From NCBI RefSeq assembly GCF_009914755.1, contig NC_060928.1: a stretch of 64,000 nucleotides of DNA. One strand, written 5' to 3'. Made by a program: the position numbers and the translations under genes. The DNA is from the human T2T-CHM13v2.0 reference genome, Homo sapiens. Positions 39,146-53,096 of this stretch are shown here, piece by piece. The notes beneath the pieces are model-generated. The model was not told where the DNA came from and searched no databases. It saw nothing but the letters and a program-made list of their open reading frames with translations. Positions within the stretch are counted from its first letter, which is position 1. The number at the start of each line of letters is the position of its first letter.

Positions 39146-41692
39146 GCTAATGCAAGTGTTTTCATGAAAGAAGTTGTCTTGCCTTATTTTATCTCTTCTT
39201 TATGTATTGTTGGTTTTTAGTGAAATATATATAGTTAACAGATTACTAATTCGTTTTGAAATCTAAAAGAGAAATTTAAGAAGAATCTAAAATGTACCAT
39301 TCGTTTCTTATTCATCTGACAGATATTTAGATATCTACAATATACCAAGTCTGAAGCTAGGTGGTTACAGAAAGGCAGCTCTTCTGTATTCTCAGAGAAA
39401 GTAATTATACAGGTGGTTACAATAAAGTATAGTTAGGGCTATGATACAAACATACTGTATTTTCAATTTTCCTCAAAGTGCTCACTTTGTTTTTTAGTTC
39501 TTAGCTTAGTAATAGAAAAGCAAATATAGCATCATCTTCATACAGTACACTGTATTATAAATAGTAAAACATATAAACATTATATATGTTTATATGACAA
39601 CATATATATGACTCCATTAGTGGTAATGGCAGCAAGTAACATATACCCTCTTCAAAGCATCATCATGCACCAAGAATATACTGTGAGTTGAAGTTCTTTG
39701 GAGATACATTTTTATTACAATACTTTACTATGCATAAAACAACACCTAATGAGAATTCTTCCTTTTAAATTACAAGCCTATTTCACTGAAAAAGTATTTT
39801 TAATGCTAAGTATATATTATTAATGGAGCATAACACTCTATTTCATCTTTTTAAAATATTTTGAAAAGTGTTGTAGGTTTCTTTTAAATATTTAGTCCTG
39901 TTTGGGTTTTTCTTGCCCAGGGGGTACCCTTGCTCTTTGCTGACTCCACTGCCTGGGGAAGCAGGATGAGCTCATTTCCTTTGTACCAAAATTGAAAGCT
40001 CACTGCCTCTTGGTTCGAGAGTGCCTTACTGCTCATCAGGCATTATATTATCTTGCCAAGCACCACAGGAGAGTTATCATGGGGATATTGCTGATTGCTA
40101 GACTGCACTTAGAACTGATAAATATGCAGATGTGTAGAATATTAAATGACTTTATTAGCAATCAACATATTATGCCATTGAGTTCATCTGTATGATCAAA
40201 AATTCATAAAAATTAATCTAATATTTAAAAAATCTTCTTATTCTTTTAAATAGATTTACATTTGGGGTAAAAGATGACTAAAATTAATCAACAAATACTC
40301 TTTCCTATTGTTATTCACTTTTGAATAAATGAGTATCAGTAATTTAAAGTGAAAGCAGTTTCATAAGCTGAGTAGAAAAAGTTTGCCACAAATAGAAATG
40401 TTTCAGTTCAATAAAACTGACAATCTAAAAGATATTTAAAAAGTGTCAAAATTGAAGTCTTTATCCAGAGAAGTAAAAATGAGAAAAGTGGGTATCATTT
40501 TTCTATTAGATTATTAGAAATTTAGGTTATGTGTTATAAAATTAAGCTGCCCCTTTCTTAAAGTTTTTTTTTTTGGAACATATCTGAATGATTATAACAT
40601 CAATATTTTTATTTTTATGTATATATCCTGATTTACTAAACTTATTGACTTCAGATGATTAAATGTCCTAAAAGCTTTATAGTATACTTTTGTTATTTTA
40701 CTGTCAGTATCTATGGTAATGTGAAAGTTTAAAAAATATAAGCAAAATTTACCCCATTGCATTTCAGAAGGACTGGTGCTTACAGGATGTCTATGAGAAA
40801 TGATAGAAAACATGAGAAAAAAATGGGAGCAAACTCAAATCTCAGATAGATGTGACATGTTTTGATGTGGAATCTAGAATGGAATTAATATGTTGGGTTA
40901 TTAGCCACTTAAATTTGTGTATCAGTCTGTTGAACATTAACTGACAATCAATCAATGAATATATACCAATATGCAACAATATGCTCATACGTTAATTTTA
41001 TTGTCAATCTCCTTGGATATCTACACCCATGACAACCCACTGGATCCTATTACCTTTAAAATTATTTCTTTTCTAAGAGCTTAAAATCAAGTTTTCTACC
41101 ATGCATAGCAGTCTTGTATTTTCCTAATGTCCTCCTCCACAGTCTGTCTCTACTGTCTTTTTTTCTACTAATTGAGACTTTAAATCCTTAGTTTTTTTTA
41201 ATCTAATCTATCAAACTCCACTTCGATTTTGGCCTTCACTTTCAAATCTATCCTCAGAATGCATCATTGTACGTCTTTTCTTGCTAATGCTCTTGTTTTC
41301 TCACCGGATTACCCTCACCCAGCAAGTACATAACTTCAATGTCCAAATGGGTTTACCCCAATAACCATTCTATTACTGGACCTGACCTATAGAGTGCTAC
41401 TTCTGTATAAGTCACACAGCTGCTAGATTGACCCAATATAACTCCATGAATTCAAACTTAGAGTGTGCTTTTCACTCCACATAGATACGGAGTTATGCTT
41501 TCTGCTTCTATTGTCTTTCTAACTTCAGTTTGACTTTTTCGAAATTTCTTTACTGTCTCCACAATTTCATACCTTCCATCCAAGTCTTTTCTTAGAGGTT
41601 GAAATCATCTTTTGTTTTACAGACAATGTTGAAAGTTATCTAACAGGTTCACACTCAGTATATAGCACCCACAAAATAAAATTGTATTTCAT

Positions 41693-42004
<312 letters not shown>

Positions 42005-42676
42005 TTATCCCAACAGTCTTCATCCATCCATTAGAAGAATGCCATTTCCTTCAAAGGTTCTTGCACTCATGTTTGTAATCTCGTGCTTTCCCAAGTCCTC
42101 AGGATCCTTGAGGAATGGCTTATCACATCTTTACTAAATTTTCAACCCCTTTGTTTTGCATGCCTCATGCAATTCAACATGTTTTTAAAAATTAAGTATT
42201 ATTTATTGTGCATTTCCCTCTCAAGGTATGCGCTTTCTTTTTCTACAGACATAGTTCTTAAAAGAAAAATGAATCATTGCCTTATAAGCCAATAAAATTT
42301 GAATGTATATATATCTAGTGTATAGTTGCATGTATGTGTTTGTTTAAAATTAAATTGAAATTAATTTTTAGCAGCGAGATAAGTGCAAGATGGTTCTCTG
42401 TTCCCAAGACATTTTTACAAAAGTGTGAAAAAGCAAACATTATTATTTTAAAATGTAAGAAAATACGAATTTGTAATTTGAAATTGAATTGCTATATAAA
42501 TAAAATTATAGAAATCTTAATGAAAACTAAAGTACTCAAGAAAGACTATATCTTTAAAAAAAATTACAAATTTTTACAGTGAGTTTATACATAACTGACT
42601 TCTTTCAAAAATAAAGACAAGCAACATACAAATATAATACCTAATAAAATAATATAGAAATAAAATATAGATTTAA

Positions 42677-43116
<440 letters not shown>

Positions 43117-43320
43117 GGCGGGAAGTGCCCTTTCAGGGACTCTGGACTTGTGACAGTCCCTGTTTCCCCGTTTCCTTCCTTTTCACCCAATAAAACCCTG
43201 CCTTACTCACCATTCAAATTAACTTCAAGCCTGAATTTTTGTGGATGTCTATCTTTAGCTGAACTAAGGACAAAGGACCCCCATCTTTAGCTGAACTAAG
43301 GAAAAGTCCTGCAACATTTT

Positions 43321-43338
43321 TGGTGCTCAACATAGGGC
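43321..43338 (+). promoter_or_regulatory. Decayed primer-binding site, tRNA-Lys(CUU) type
   Basis: TGGTGCTCAACATAGGGC versus the Lys1,2 PBS TGGCGCCCAACGTGGGGC, differing by 4 transitions. It is followed by splice-donor-like CG|GTGAGT at ~43348. Confidence 0.7.
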
Positions 43339-46300
43339 TCCAGAAGCGGTGAGTGAAATGGGGACTCAAAATCTCTCACTGTCGTTTTTCATCCTCAGAC
43401 TTCTAAGCTTATGGAAAACTGCACCCCCACCTCCTGTTGCTCGGAGGGGTTGGGGACCAACCCAGCCTTTCTATGATCTTTTCTTTCCTTTCTTGGGACA
43501 GACTGGTGAGCAGTGGCTCCCCTCTGCCCTCCCTTCCCTGCATGGCCCAAGGGTCTTGCATAGCCATCTGCCTGGTGTTTTTCGCCACAGGCCGCTGGAG
43601 CCTTCACTTCCCCTTCCCCAGCCAAGGGGCTTTACTCCATTGGACAGTATTAAGCTATTCTCCAGGTAGAGGAACCAGTTGTATAAGAGTAAGAGGTTCT
43701 TCCCCAGCCATTTTTAAACCTTTTTTCTTTCCTCTTCTCCACCCCATCAGCAGTTAACTTTATGCAAGTTTTTTTTTTATTTGATTTGATTTGATTTTAG
43801 AAAAAGTTTTACTAGGCCAGGCCCCCCAGCTATCACTGTTTATATTCTCTATAAGGCTTTAATTATGAAAAAGGATTTGTGGGGCTGGTCTTGGGCTTTG
43901 GCCAATCTGGTGTGCTTTGGATGTCTGTATGGTTTCCAGCAAACTTCTAAGCCTCCATCTTGTTTTGCATCCCGAGGCCATGTCTTGTAACTCTGGTGGC
44001 AAGTCTTCATTTAGCAATTCTGACTTAGGGAATAAGTTCCTTTCCGGTTTGATACCTGCATATTCTCCTAGCCCTGTCTCTTATAGAACCCCACAGGGGG
44101 ACTGCATTTTCTCCTTCCTGTCTGTGTGTATGCTGTGTGTAATGTCTGTAAAAAGAGCTCTAATTAATTTGGCCTAAAAAAAGACAAGCACTTGGATCTA
44201 ATATTTTTTAAAGGAAAGATAAAATTTGTGGTACCTTTCAGTTCACGTGAGTTTAATCTTTGAGAAATAAAAATGGCCTTAAAGGTTATTGGTAAAAAGC
44301 AGGTGTACTTAAGATGTAAATACATGGGCTAAATTTGGCAGGTCAGATGCAAGATATGCTAAATATTTGGAGGTTACAAACTGCTTTTGGGGTTTTGATA
44401 ACTATTTTACTGGCCAGCTTCACAACTGGTAAGGCCTGGGGACATATAGAACTAACCATACTCATAATTAAGAAGGCAAACCTTGGCTGCACTTAGCACA
44501 CAATTAAAGCAACTTACCAAGTTTTACCTTAAAATTAAAAATTGCTGGGAATTATCATTACAACATGTAATTGAGACTACTGGAAATAGATTTACATGGA
44601 GGGTGTGTAAGAACAGTAAAATATGGTTTTTTTTTGTTTTTTTTTTGTAAAAGATTATAAGAAAGCATGGAAATGTAAATTTTTGCCTAGGGTTAAAAGA
44701 CTGTTTCAAATTAGGAAAAAGCTGAAGGTTCAAAAAGAAGTGGTGGAAGAATTGTGGAACTTAATCTTACAGAAGAGGTTCTCTATGTGAACATACCGAC
44801 TAAATTCAAAGGTTATTATATAGTTTTTCTGTAAACTCAGCATTGAAATAAAAGCATAACAAGGTTTTCTTCAGGTGCTAATTTGTTTTTTGGCAAAATT
44901 TGTAAAGGGTTATAGTAGGTTTTTACTTCTTTAAAATTGGTGAATCATCATTTTGGCAAAATAAATAACTTATGGTAATCTGGAACTCTATTTCATAATA
45001 CCAAGTGTTTTAAACTTTGAACATATTTGACAGCCTTCCCCAAATCAAACTTTAGTTTCAAAATTGTCTTTCCTGACACCTGGCTTTTCAGATGAATCAG
45101 AGGGCCCATGAGACATCCAGAAACGAGAGGTGGACAGGATTATTTGACATGTTTATGTATATGGGATTGCCAAAATGATGCTCAATCTTCTTTAGGTTAT
45201 ATTTTTGTGAATAATGCTAATATATGTTCCCAAATTGTATGGGATTTCTAAAATTTTAATGTCGAAGTATATGCTATTAATCATAATTAAGGTTGTTATG
45301 TTAAGTTATTGTAAACCATGGAGATAACGGAACTTCTTTGTGAATCCTGTTTCTAACTGTAACTACCCTGGACATTTTGCTATTCACAGGCAATTGTTGT
45401 CGTTTTTTAATCCTTTTCAAAAGATGGTTTATAATAAGCTACAGAACTGTAACAGGTACTCTCAAATACAGGCTTCTGATAACTTTGGAGATTGTGATAT
45501 TGGAGTAAAGGAAAATGTACAGGACTCATAAAGAGCTGAAGTGTTCATGACTGTCATGCAAAACAAGAATTAACTAAATGGACTGAACTCAGAAACTGAA
45601 GCAATCTTTTTAACCTTTGCTTGGAATATTGCTGATCCATGTTTTGTCTTTTAGAGTTAAGAAAACTTATTTTAAACTATTTATGGTCTTTAATAATTGA
45701 GTAAGGTGTACTCCCATGAACAAAATTTGGAGCATGTTTGTTTCTCTCTGCCTGGTTTCTCTAGAATTTGGAAACTATCTGTGAGTATTCTTATGGCAAT
45801 ATAATTGTTTGCATCAGTGCAATAAGAATCAATTTTTCTTTTGCAAGAGGACGGAATTGGAAAAACTAGTTATTTTACCAAGGCTTTGACTAGAAGTGTA
45901 TGCTTCCCTTTAAGGAGTCAAGTTTGACTGGCAGAGCCAATACAAGCCCCACAGGGAGAATGACCTCGTTCCCTTGCCTACACAGTCCCTGTATAGGGTT
46001 CCTGACCTATAGTCAATACAGAACGTCACTTTCTAACAGGTCCAGGAACTCCAAGTTTATTATGGTACCTGGAGAGGAAAGGATCACCCAACTCACAGGT
46101 ATTTGAGGATGCAAATGCATGGCTGGACTCAGCTTAAAAAGTTCTTATCTGAGATTCCTTGTGGAACAGAGTTCCCTTAAAGCCAATCCAAAAGGCCTAT
46201 GTAGAAATAATTATTCTTGCTGCACTTTATGCAAATAATCAGGCCAAGTATAAGACTAAAGTCTATTTTGAAAACAACTCAATCCTGTTATGATTTTTTT

Positions 46301-48169
46301 AACAAAAATGAGGACTGGAGAGAGAGAAATTATGTTTCAAAACTTATCATGCATTTTTCATTAAATTCTAAACTCATTAGTTGTTTTTAAGTATTTACCT
46401 ACCCTTTTATACTAACCCTGCTTGTTCCTGTGAACCAACCAGCAATCTCCATCTGCAGCTCAGAAAAAACAAGAGGGATGGGCCATGTAAAAATCTCGAT
46501 CAATATTGCAGTTCTGAGCAACTGTCCTGCAAATCCTACCAGGAGATTGGAATAAATAGGATGCCCATCACTCAGAGGTTTCCTTTTGGGAAAGTAAGAC
46601 CAAAGGAGCTAACCAAAGCCAAGCACCATGCACCCAAATTTTAGGAAGCATAATTACAGCCACTGGTTATCTGAGTGTGTCACAAGACGTCCTTTCCTCT
46701 CCGTTGTTGGAGGAGGACTCAATTCCACAGTTTCACCTTAGCATTCAGCTTATAAGGACTCCTTATGAGAAGTCCACGCAACCCCCCAAGACATATTTTT
46801 GTCTCAAATTCAATTCCAAACCTCAAGTCAAAGTCCTAGGAAAGAGAATTGGATCTGAGGGATCCAGAGGTAGATAGTAATGAAAGTTTAAAGGCACAGC
46901 ACAGGTGAGCATGGCTGACTGCTCCTGATTAATCCAAACCCAAGCTTTCTGTTTCATAGGTAAAGGCCACATTAGTATCCACAGCATAAATGAGGTCTAG
47001 GGGACTCCAAGGCTAGAGACAGCAGGGGAGATAGGATGTACATGGGTAATAATGGATGATTCCCACTCCCTAGGACCTCCTGCTTCGTGGGTGCAAGCCG
47101 CTTTGGCACTCATGGCAGGATCTGCCAAGGTTGCTCGGACTTGGGGATGCAAGGACGGATGAGAGAAAGAGGGTGCTCTTTCTTCTCTCCCTCACTTACC
47201 ATGGGTATCTGCTAGGAAGAGATGGGAACGAAAGATGCCTGCTCTCCTCTTTCTACATGGGTAGCCATTCATCTTCAGTCTGTACCCCTTTTGAATGCAT
47301 CCTGAATCCTTGGGACTCCTTTAAAAAATGCCTTCTTTTTTCTTTCTCCTCCTCCGGTCTCTCTTTACTAATAGGTAATTGTGTCTCTGTACTACGAGAG
47401 ACTCCTCTCAGATGCATCCTCCAAACTGGGAAAACTTAATTTTCCAAACCTTAAACTCGTGGCTTAGGATTGGGCTCAGGGGAAGGGAATGCAGAAGCCC
47501 AACAGGCTGACAAAAATGTAAAGTTTTGGCCTCCCTCTCCATGTGCAAACTTATAAAAGGCCTCGGGATTTTTGAACTGTTTTTACCCCTCCCCTTGTTT
47601 CATTTTGATACATGTTTTCTAATAACCCAGTTTGTCTGTTCTCCAAACGGTCATCCAACTGGAGCCTCTGACGATAGCCCCTTCTACCAGGAACCCTTAA
47701 ATAGGTCTCTGAAGGAGTTCTGACTGCCGTTTTCCCAAAACAGTGCCCCCTGTCAGCAGGAATCAGTTAAGATTGGTCTTCGTCCTTATCTTTATTGTAA
47801 TGGCAGTTAGATGTACTTCTTTAGAGAGGGGAATGAGACAACCGGTGGTAGGGGGTCCCCGGCAAAATTCCAACCAGCCTGTGCACTGGGGTGGAGCCTC
47901 AGGAAGTTTGCACCATTTCCAGCAGGGAGGAACCTGGCCCCTCCTTTTTGGTGGGGGAACTGGGATTCGAACTGAGAGGTGGGAAGCACTCTAGCAAGAG
48001 CTCTGGCTTAGTGAGAGTCCCTGTTTCCCCCTTTTATTCCTTTTCACCCAATAAAACCCTGTCTTACTCACCATTCGAATTGTCTGTGAGACTGAATTTT
48101 TGTTCCCACGGGACAAAGAACCCCGTCTTTAGCTGAACTAAGGAAGAGTCCTGCAACACAAATATACTA

Positions 48170-49530
48170 ATGCTCCCTTTCTCTAACTTCTTAATTCTAA
48201 TAATTTTGACCCTATCACTTTTTCTATGCTTCCATGTATCTCACCTCTAAGCTTCTCTTCTTATCTAGTTTAAATTCCACAATCACTAGGATCATTGCCT
48301 TACATAAATGGTTAATTCTGATCTCTTACTTAACAGAACTCTCTTTACTAAAGTACTATCCTGATTGTGCCAAATCTTCATCCATTACATGTCTGCAACT
48401 GCATAGCTGATTATGGCTGGAGAAAGACACAAAACCAGGCTGATTATCCTGACTCGAAATTAGTGACCACTAACCTGAAGTTGATTTAGAAAGCTGCTAA
48501 GTAGTTATCTTGCCCAAACCTACTTACTTTATCATTTGCCTATTGGGTTTTCATATATTTTTCTCCCATTTAAGCCGAGTACACCTCCTTATTTTCCCTA
48601 ATTCTCAGCTGATAACCTTGCTTTTGTTTTCAATTAAATAATGAGAAAAAGAAAAAAAATAATAGAAGCAATGAAAAGGTAACATTCACAAACTCCCACC
48701 ACTGTGTAACTTCTCATCTGCTTGTGTCTGCATCTATGTACTCCGTTTCTTCATATTTGGTGTAAATTATCTCTCTGTTCCTCTCAAAGGACACATTTTC
48801 ATTAGTGTATTATATTTCCTACTTTTCATCCATTCAGGAATATTGCTCCAGAAATGCTCTTCTCTCACACATGCAGCATTAGTTTTTCATGATTGATAGG
48901 ATCTTTCCCATAACCCTCAAAACTAGATATTATTTCTCTCTGAAAATTACTTTTTTGTTTCCTCACCCCTTTCTCTTTTTTTAGCACAAATTATTTAAAA
49001 ACACACTTTAGTTTCTTTTTCTCATTTCCTATTTTCCGTTTGACCTTATCCAATCAGAATATCTAGTCTACCACGACTATACTTACTGAAGTCAACAGAG
49101 AAGACTATGATACTAAATCCAGTGGTTTAATTTTTAATCCTCTATGTGACCTATCAACAGCATTTGACCTAATTGGCCATTTCTCATTGAAATATTGTCT
49201 TTACTCAACATTCTAAAATATCTTATTTTTCTAGTTTATTTTCTTTATACTCTTGTTTTCATTCCTCTTGCTATTTCCTCATCTTATCTCTACATACTCG
49301 AAACACTGGAGTGCTCAAGAGCTTAATATTTGGTCATTTTCATGCCTCTAGCTATACTAATTTCCTTGGTAATCTCATCCATTTCATGCTCTTGAAATCA
49401 CCAATATGATGATAACGCACAATTGTATATCTCAAGGCAGGACCACTGTCCTGAATTTCTGACTTATGAATATAAGATACTTATTCAGATTCTACACTTG
49501 CATGTCTAATAAGCATCTTAAAATTAACAA
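48170..49530 (+). mobile_element. L2 LINE ORF2 (RT) fragment
   Basis: 'actaaatccagtggt...tgacctatcaacagcatttgac' (DLSAAFD motif region) and 'catgtctaataagcatcttaaaattaaca'. Confidence 0.75.
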
Positions 49531-49534
49531 TGTG

Positions 49535-52078
49535 GCTTATGGCATAGAAAGCCCCAGAGAATGCCATTCATGTTCTATCAAGAAAGAAAAGTAAAAAATC
49601 TACGAAATCATAACTTCGACCCTATCAGAGAGCTGAGGTCATAAGTTGAACAAGTAAACTGATTTCCAAAAGGTGACAAAGCTCCCTCAATGAAAGGCAG
49701 AGCTATTTAATCATTGGCAGAGAACAAGAGAAAGAGCTGGTTACAATAAAGGCACATAAGAAAGGAAAAGCTAACATTTTAATACATTCTTAGATGTTAG
49801 CTGAGGGTTAACATGGCAGATTAGATCCTGGGGGATCCTACCTATGAAGGGATTCTACAAGCACTCACTGGATTCTTGCTGTTAGCCTCTACCTAGTGAA
49901 GAATGTTGAGTACAGGACAGGTGACATGAGAGAGCCCTTGGATGTCATAGGTATTTAAGACCTGCCTAGATTTGAACATGCAGCATGAGTGTCTGCAGAA
50001 CCCCATCTGTGTTCTAGGCCCTTCATGAGTAGAAGGTGGTGACAGGGTGCCACTGGGGTATAAAGCATAAACCTAGTTTGGGACCCAGGTCTACTCTCAT
50101 TGGAGTTGACCCGAGGAGAGGGCAAGAAACCCATCAGTGAAGAAGTAACTGTTCTCCGACATGAGGAGAAGGCCTTCCTCCACTCAGAAGGAGGACAGAA
50201 ACCATCTTACCCACTCTTTGTTCCTGGCTGACATCAGGCATACCTGTCACTGGTGAAAGGGTAGGCTACTTCCAATTCTGCACTGACACAAAGCAAAGGC
50301 CCTTTGGTGCTAGAGGAGGTAAAGAACTCTGATCATGTCTAGGATCCTGCAAATCAATCAGAAAAATGGGAGAAATGTGGTTTGCACAAAAAGCCTCCTG
50401 CCACCAATACATGGCATAGATTAGTTGTCTGGGGTGGGAAATGGACAGAGGATATGAGAAATATGCTTGAGCTCAGATCCACCACTGAGTAATGAGCAAA
50501 GTTTATCTGACACTGGAGCAGGGACAGAAAGTTTAAGAACACATAACCCCTGAGCTTCTCATGCACAAGGTCTGTCTAACACTGATGATGAATAAACATG
50601 AATAAAGAGACCACTTTACCACTACAGTTCTTGCAGCAAAAGCATTCCACTGATGTAGATGGCAAGGAGGTACAGAGAGAAAACCTCTCTTTGGCAAAAT
50701 ATTGAGGGTGGAACATGAACAGGTAAACTTTCTGGTACTCCAGGGTATACACTAGGTACAAGGTAGCAGTAGACCATCACTAGAGGTGTTTGTAGACTGT
50801 AGTGTACTGAAGATGACTACATCAACAACAGTAATGAAACTCAGCTCAGCTGCACACTAGGTTGAACCCATACAATAATGACGTGACAGAAAACGATATA
50901 TAAAAATACTGCATGTAAATATTATTAACCTCAGACTCTAATATTCTTTTTCACACAATGTCTAGGCATTCCATCAAAAGTTGCACGACACATACACACA
51001 CAAAAATATTACCCATTGCAAGCAAATAAAACAGTGAAATCAGTCAGACTCAGATATGATGTTGTAACCATCATTACAACTGTCATAACTTCAAAATAAT
51101 TTTATTGATGTGTTAACAGATTGTTAATTTTAATTGTGATTGTATCAAAAAGATGAAATTATCAGAAATCAATGTAACAAATTATGTGCAATCCAAGGAC
51201 AATAACAGAAACTATATAAAATATAAATAAATGGAGAGATATTCCTTGTACATGAATTGCAAAACAGTATTATTAAGATCTTAATTCTCTCCAAATTAAG
51301 AATTTGTAAAATCCCAATCAAAATTTTAGCATTTATTTTTATAAATATTGTCTATCATAATAAAATATGTAAATATGAATTAATTTATTATAGTCATGTT
51401 TTTAAAAAAGGACATACCTGGAGACATTTTCCTGATTTCAAGACTTACTGTAATGCTACAGTCATTAAAACTATTGTAATGGTGCAATATGGGTTGATTT
51501 GTGTCACGCCCTCTTACAAAGAAAGATATGATTGCATCCCCAACAATTTAGAATGTGATCTTCTTTGAAAAAAGAGTGCTCACATAGGTAATCAATTTAA
51601 AGTGAGGTCATTAGGATAGGTTCTAACTCAATATAACTGGTATCCTCATGAAAGGGAAAAATTTGGTAAAGTCTGCAAATAGGAAGAATGCCATTTGAAG
51701 ATTGGAATTATCCTTCCCCAGGCCAAGGAACCATCAGTAGCTAAGACAGACCTGGAACAAATTCTTCCCTACTGCTTTCAAGGAACATAGTGCTGACAGT
51801 CTTGGACTTCTAACCTCTAGAACTGTGAGACAACAAATTTCTGTGGTTTAAGACACCTAGTTTGTGGTATCTTCTTACAGCAGCCATAATAAACGAATAC
51901 ATAATGTAAGAATAGCCACATATATTAATTGAATGGAAAAGAGAGTCCACAAAAAGTCATACATATTTGGCCATTTTCTTTTTTGATAACAATGCCAACA
52001 TGATTCAATTGGGAAAGTTAGTCATTTCAACAATACTGTAACATTGCATGTTCACTTGGAAAGAAATTATCCTCAATA
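49535..52078 (+). mobile_element. Old L1M (5'UTR/ORF1 relic and ORF2 pieces), interrupted by MLT1
   Basis: 'aaataaatggagagatattccttgtacatgaattg...aatcccaatcaaaat' and 'cctgatttcaagacttactgtaatgctacagt'. The upstream part resembles an L1M 5' region. Confidence 0.65.
51483..51901 (+). mobile_element. MLT1B/C-like MaLR solo LTR
   Basis: 'agaatgtgatctt...aagtgaggtcattagg...ctagaactgtgagacaacaaatttctgtggtttaag...ttacagcagccataataaacgaataca'. Confidence 0.85.
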
Positions 52079-53092
52079 CAGTCATGCATTCCTTAAAAAT
52101 CAGGATCCACTCTAAGAAATGTGTCAGTATGTGATTTTGTTGTGTGCACCTCATGGAGTGTACTTACACAAACCTCAGTGTAATAGCCTATTACACATCT
52201 AAGCTATGTGGTATACCCTATTGCTCCCAGGCTACGAATGTGTGCAGTATGTTTTTGTACTGAATACTGTTGGCAGCTGTAACACAATAATAAATACTTG
52301 TATATTTAAACATACCTAAACATAGAAAAGATAACAATAAAAATATGGTATAATAGGCCAAAAAAAGTGTTAAACTTTTAAAGGGAACTTACCATGAATG
52401 AATCTTGCCGACCTAGAAGTTTCTCTGGGTGAGTCAGTAAGTGGTGAGTCCAAGTGAAGGCCTAGGACATTTACTGCACACTAATGTAGACTTTATAAAC
52501 ACTGTACACTTAGGCTACACTACATTTGTTTTAAAATATACACATGCAATAATCGATGAATCAGCTGAATGTAATGTTTTTACTTTATAAACCTTTTCAT
52601 TTTTTAACCTTTTTCCTTTTTTTGTAATAACACTCAGTTTAAAACATAAAGACACAGTACAGCTGTACAAAAATATTTCATTCTTTATATTCTATTCCTT
52701 TTTTCTATTTTTAATTTAAAACTTTTTTTTTTTTTGGTTTTAACACTGTTTTGTTAAAACTAAGATACAAGCACACACAGTAGCGTAGGCTTACACAGGG
52801 TAAGGACCATCAATACCACTGTCTTCCACCTTCACATCTTGTCCCATGAGAAAAACTGTAGGGCAATGAGATCCATGGAGCCATTGTCTGCTATGATAAC
52901 AACGCCTTCCTCTGGAATATTTCCTGAAGGACTCACCTCAGGTTGTTTTACAGTTAACTTTTTGAATATAATTATAAGAAGTACACTCTAAAATAATGGT
53001 AGAAAGTATAGTATAGTAAATACATAAACCAGTAACAGTCACTGACTATTAAGCAAAGTAGACATTATTAAGCAAAACACATACAATTGTAC
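52079..53092 (+). mobile_element. Tigger3 (Golem; Tigger3b/MER7-like) DNA transposon lacking its right end
   Basis: TA|CAGTCATGC start, then 'gagtgtacttacacaaacct...tagcctattacacatctaagctat...ctattgctcccaggctac'. Confidence 0.85.
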
Positions 53093-53096
53093 ACAA

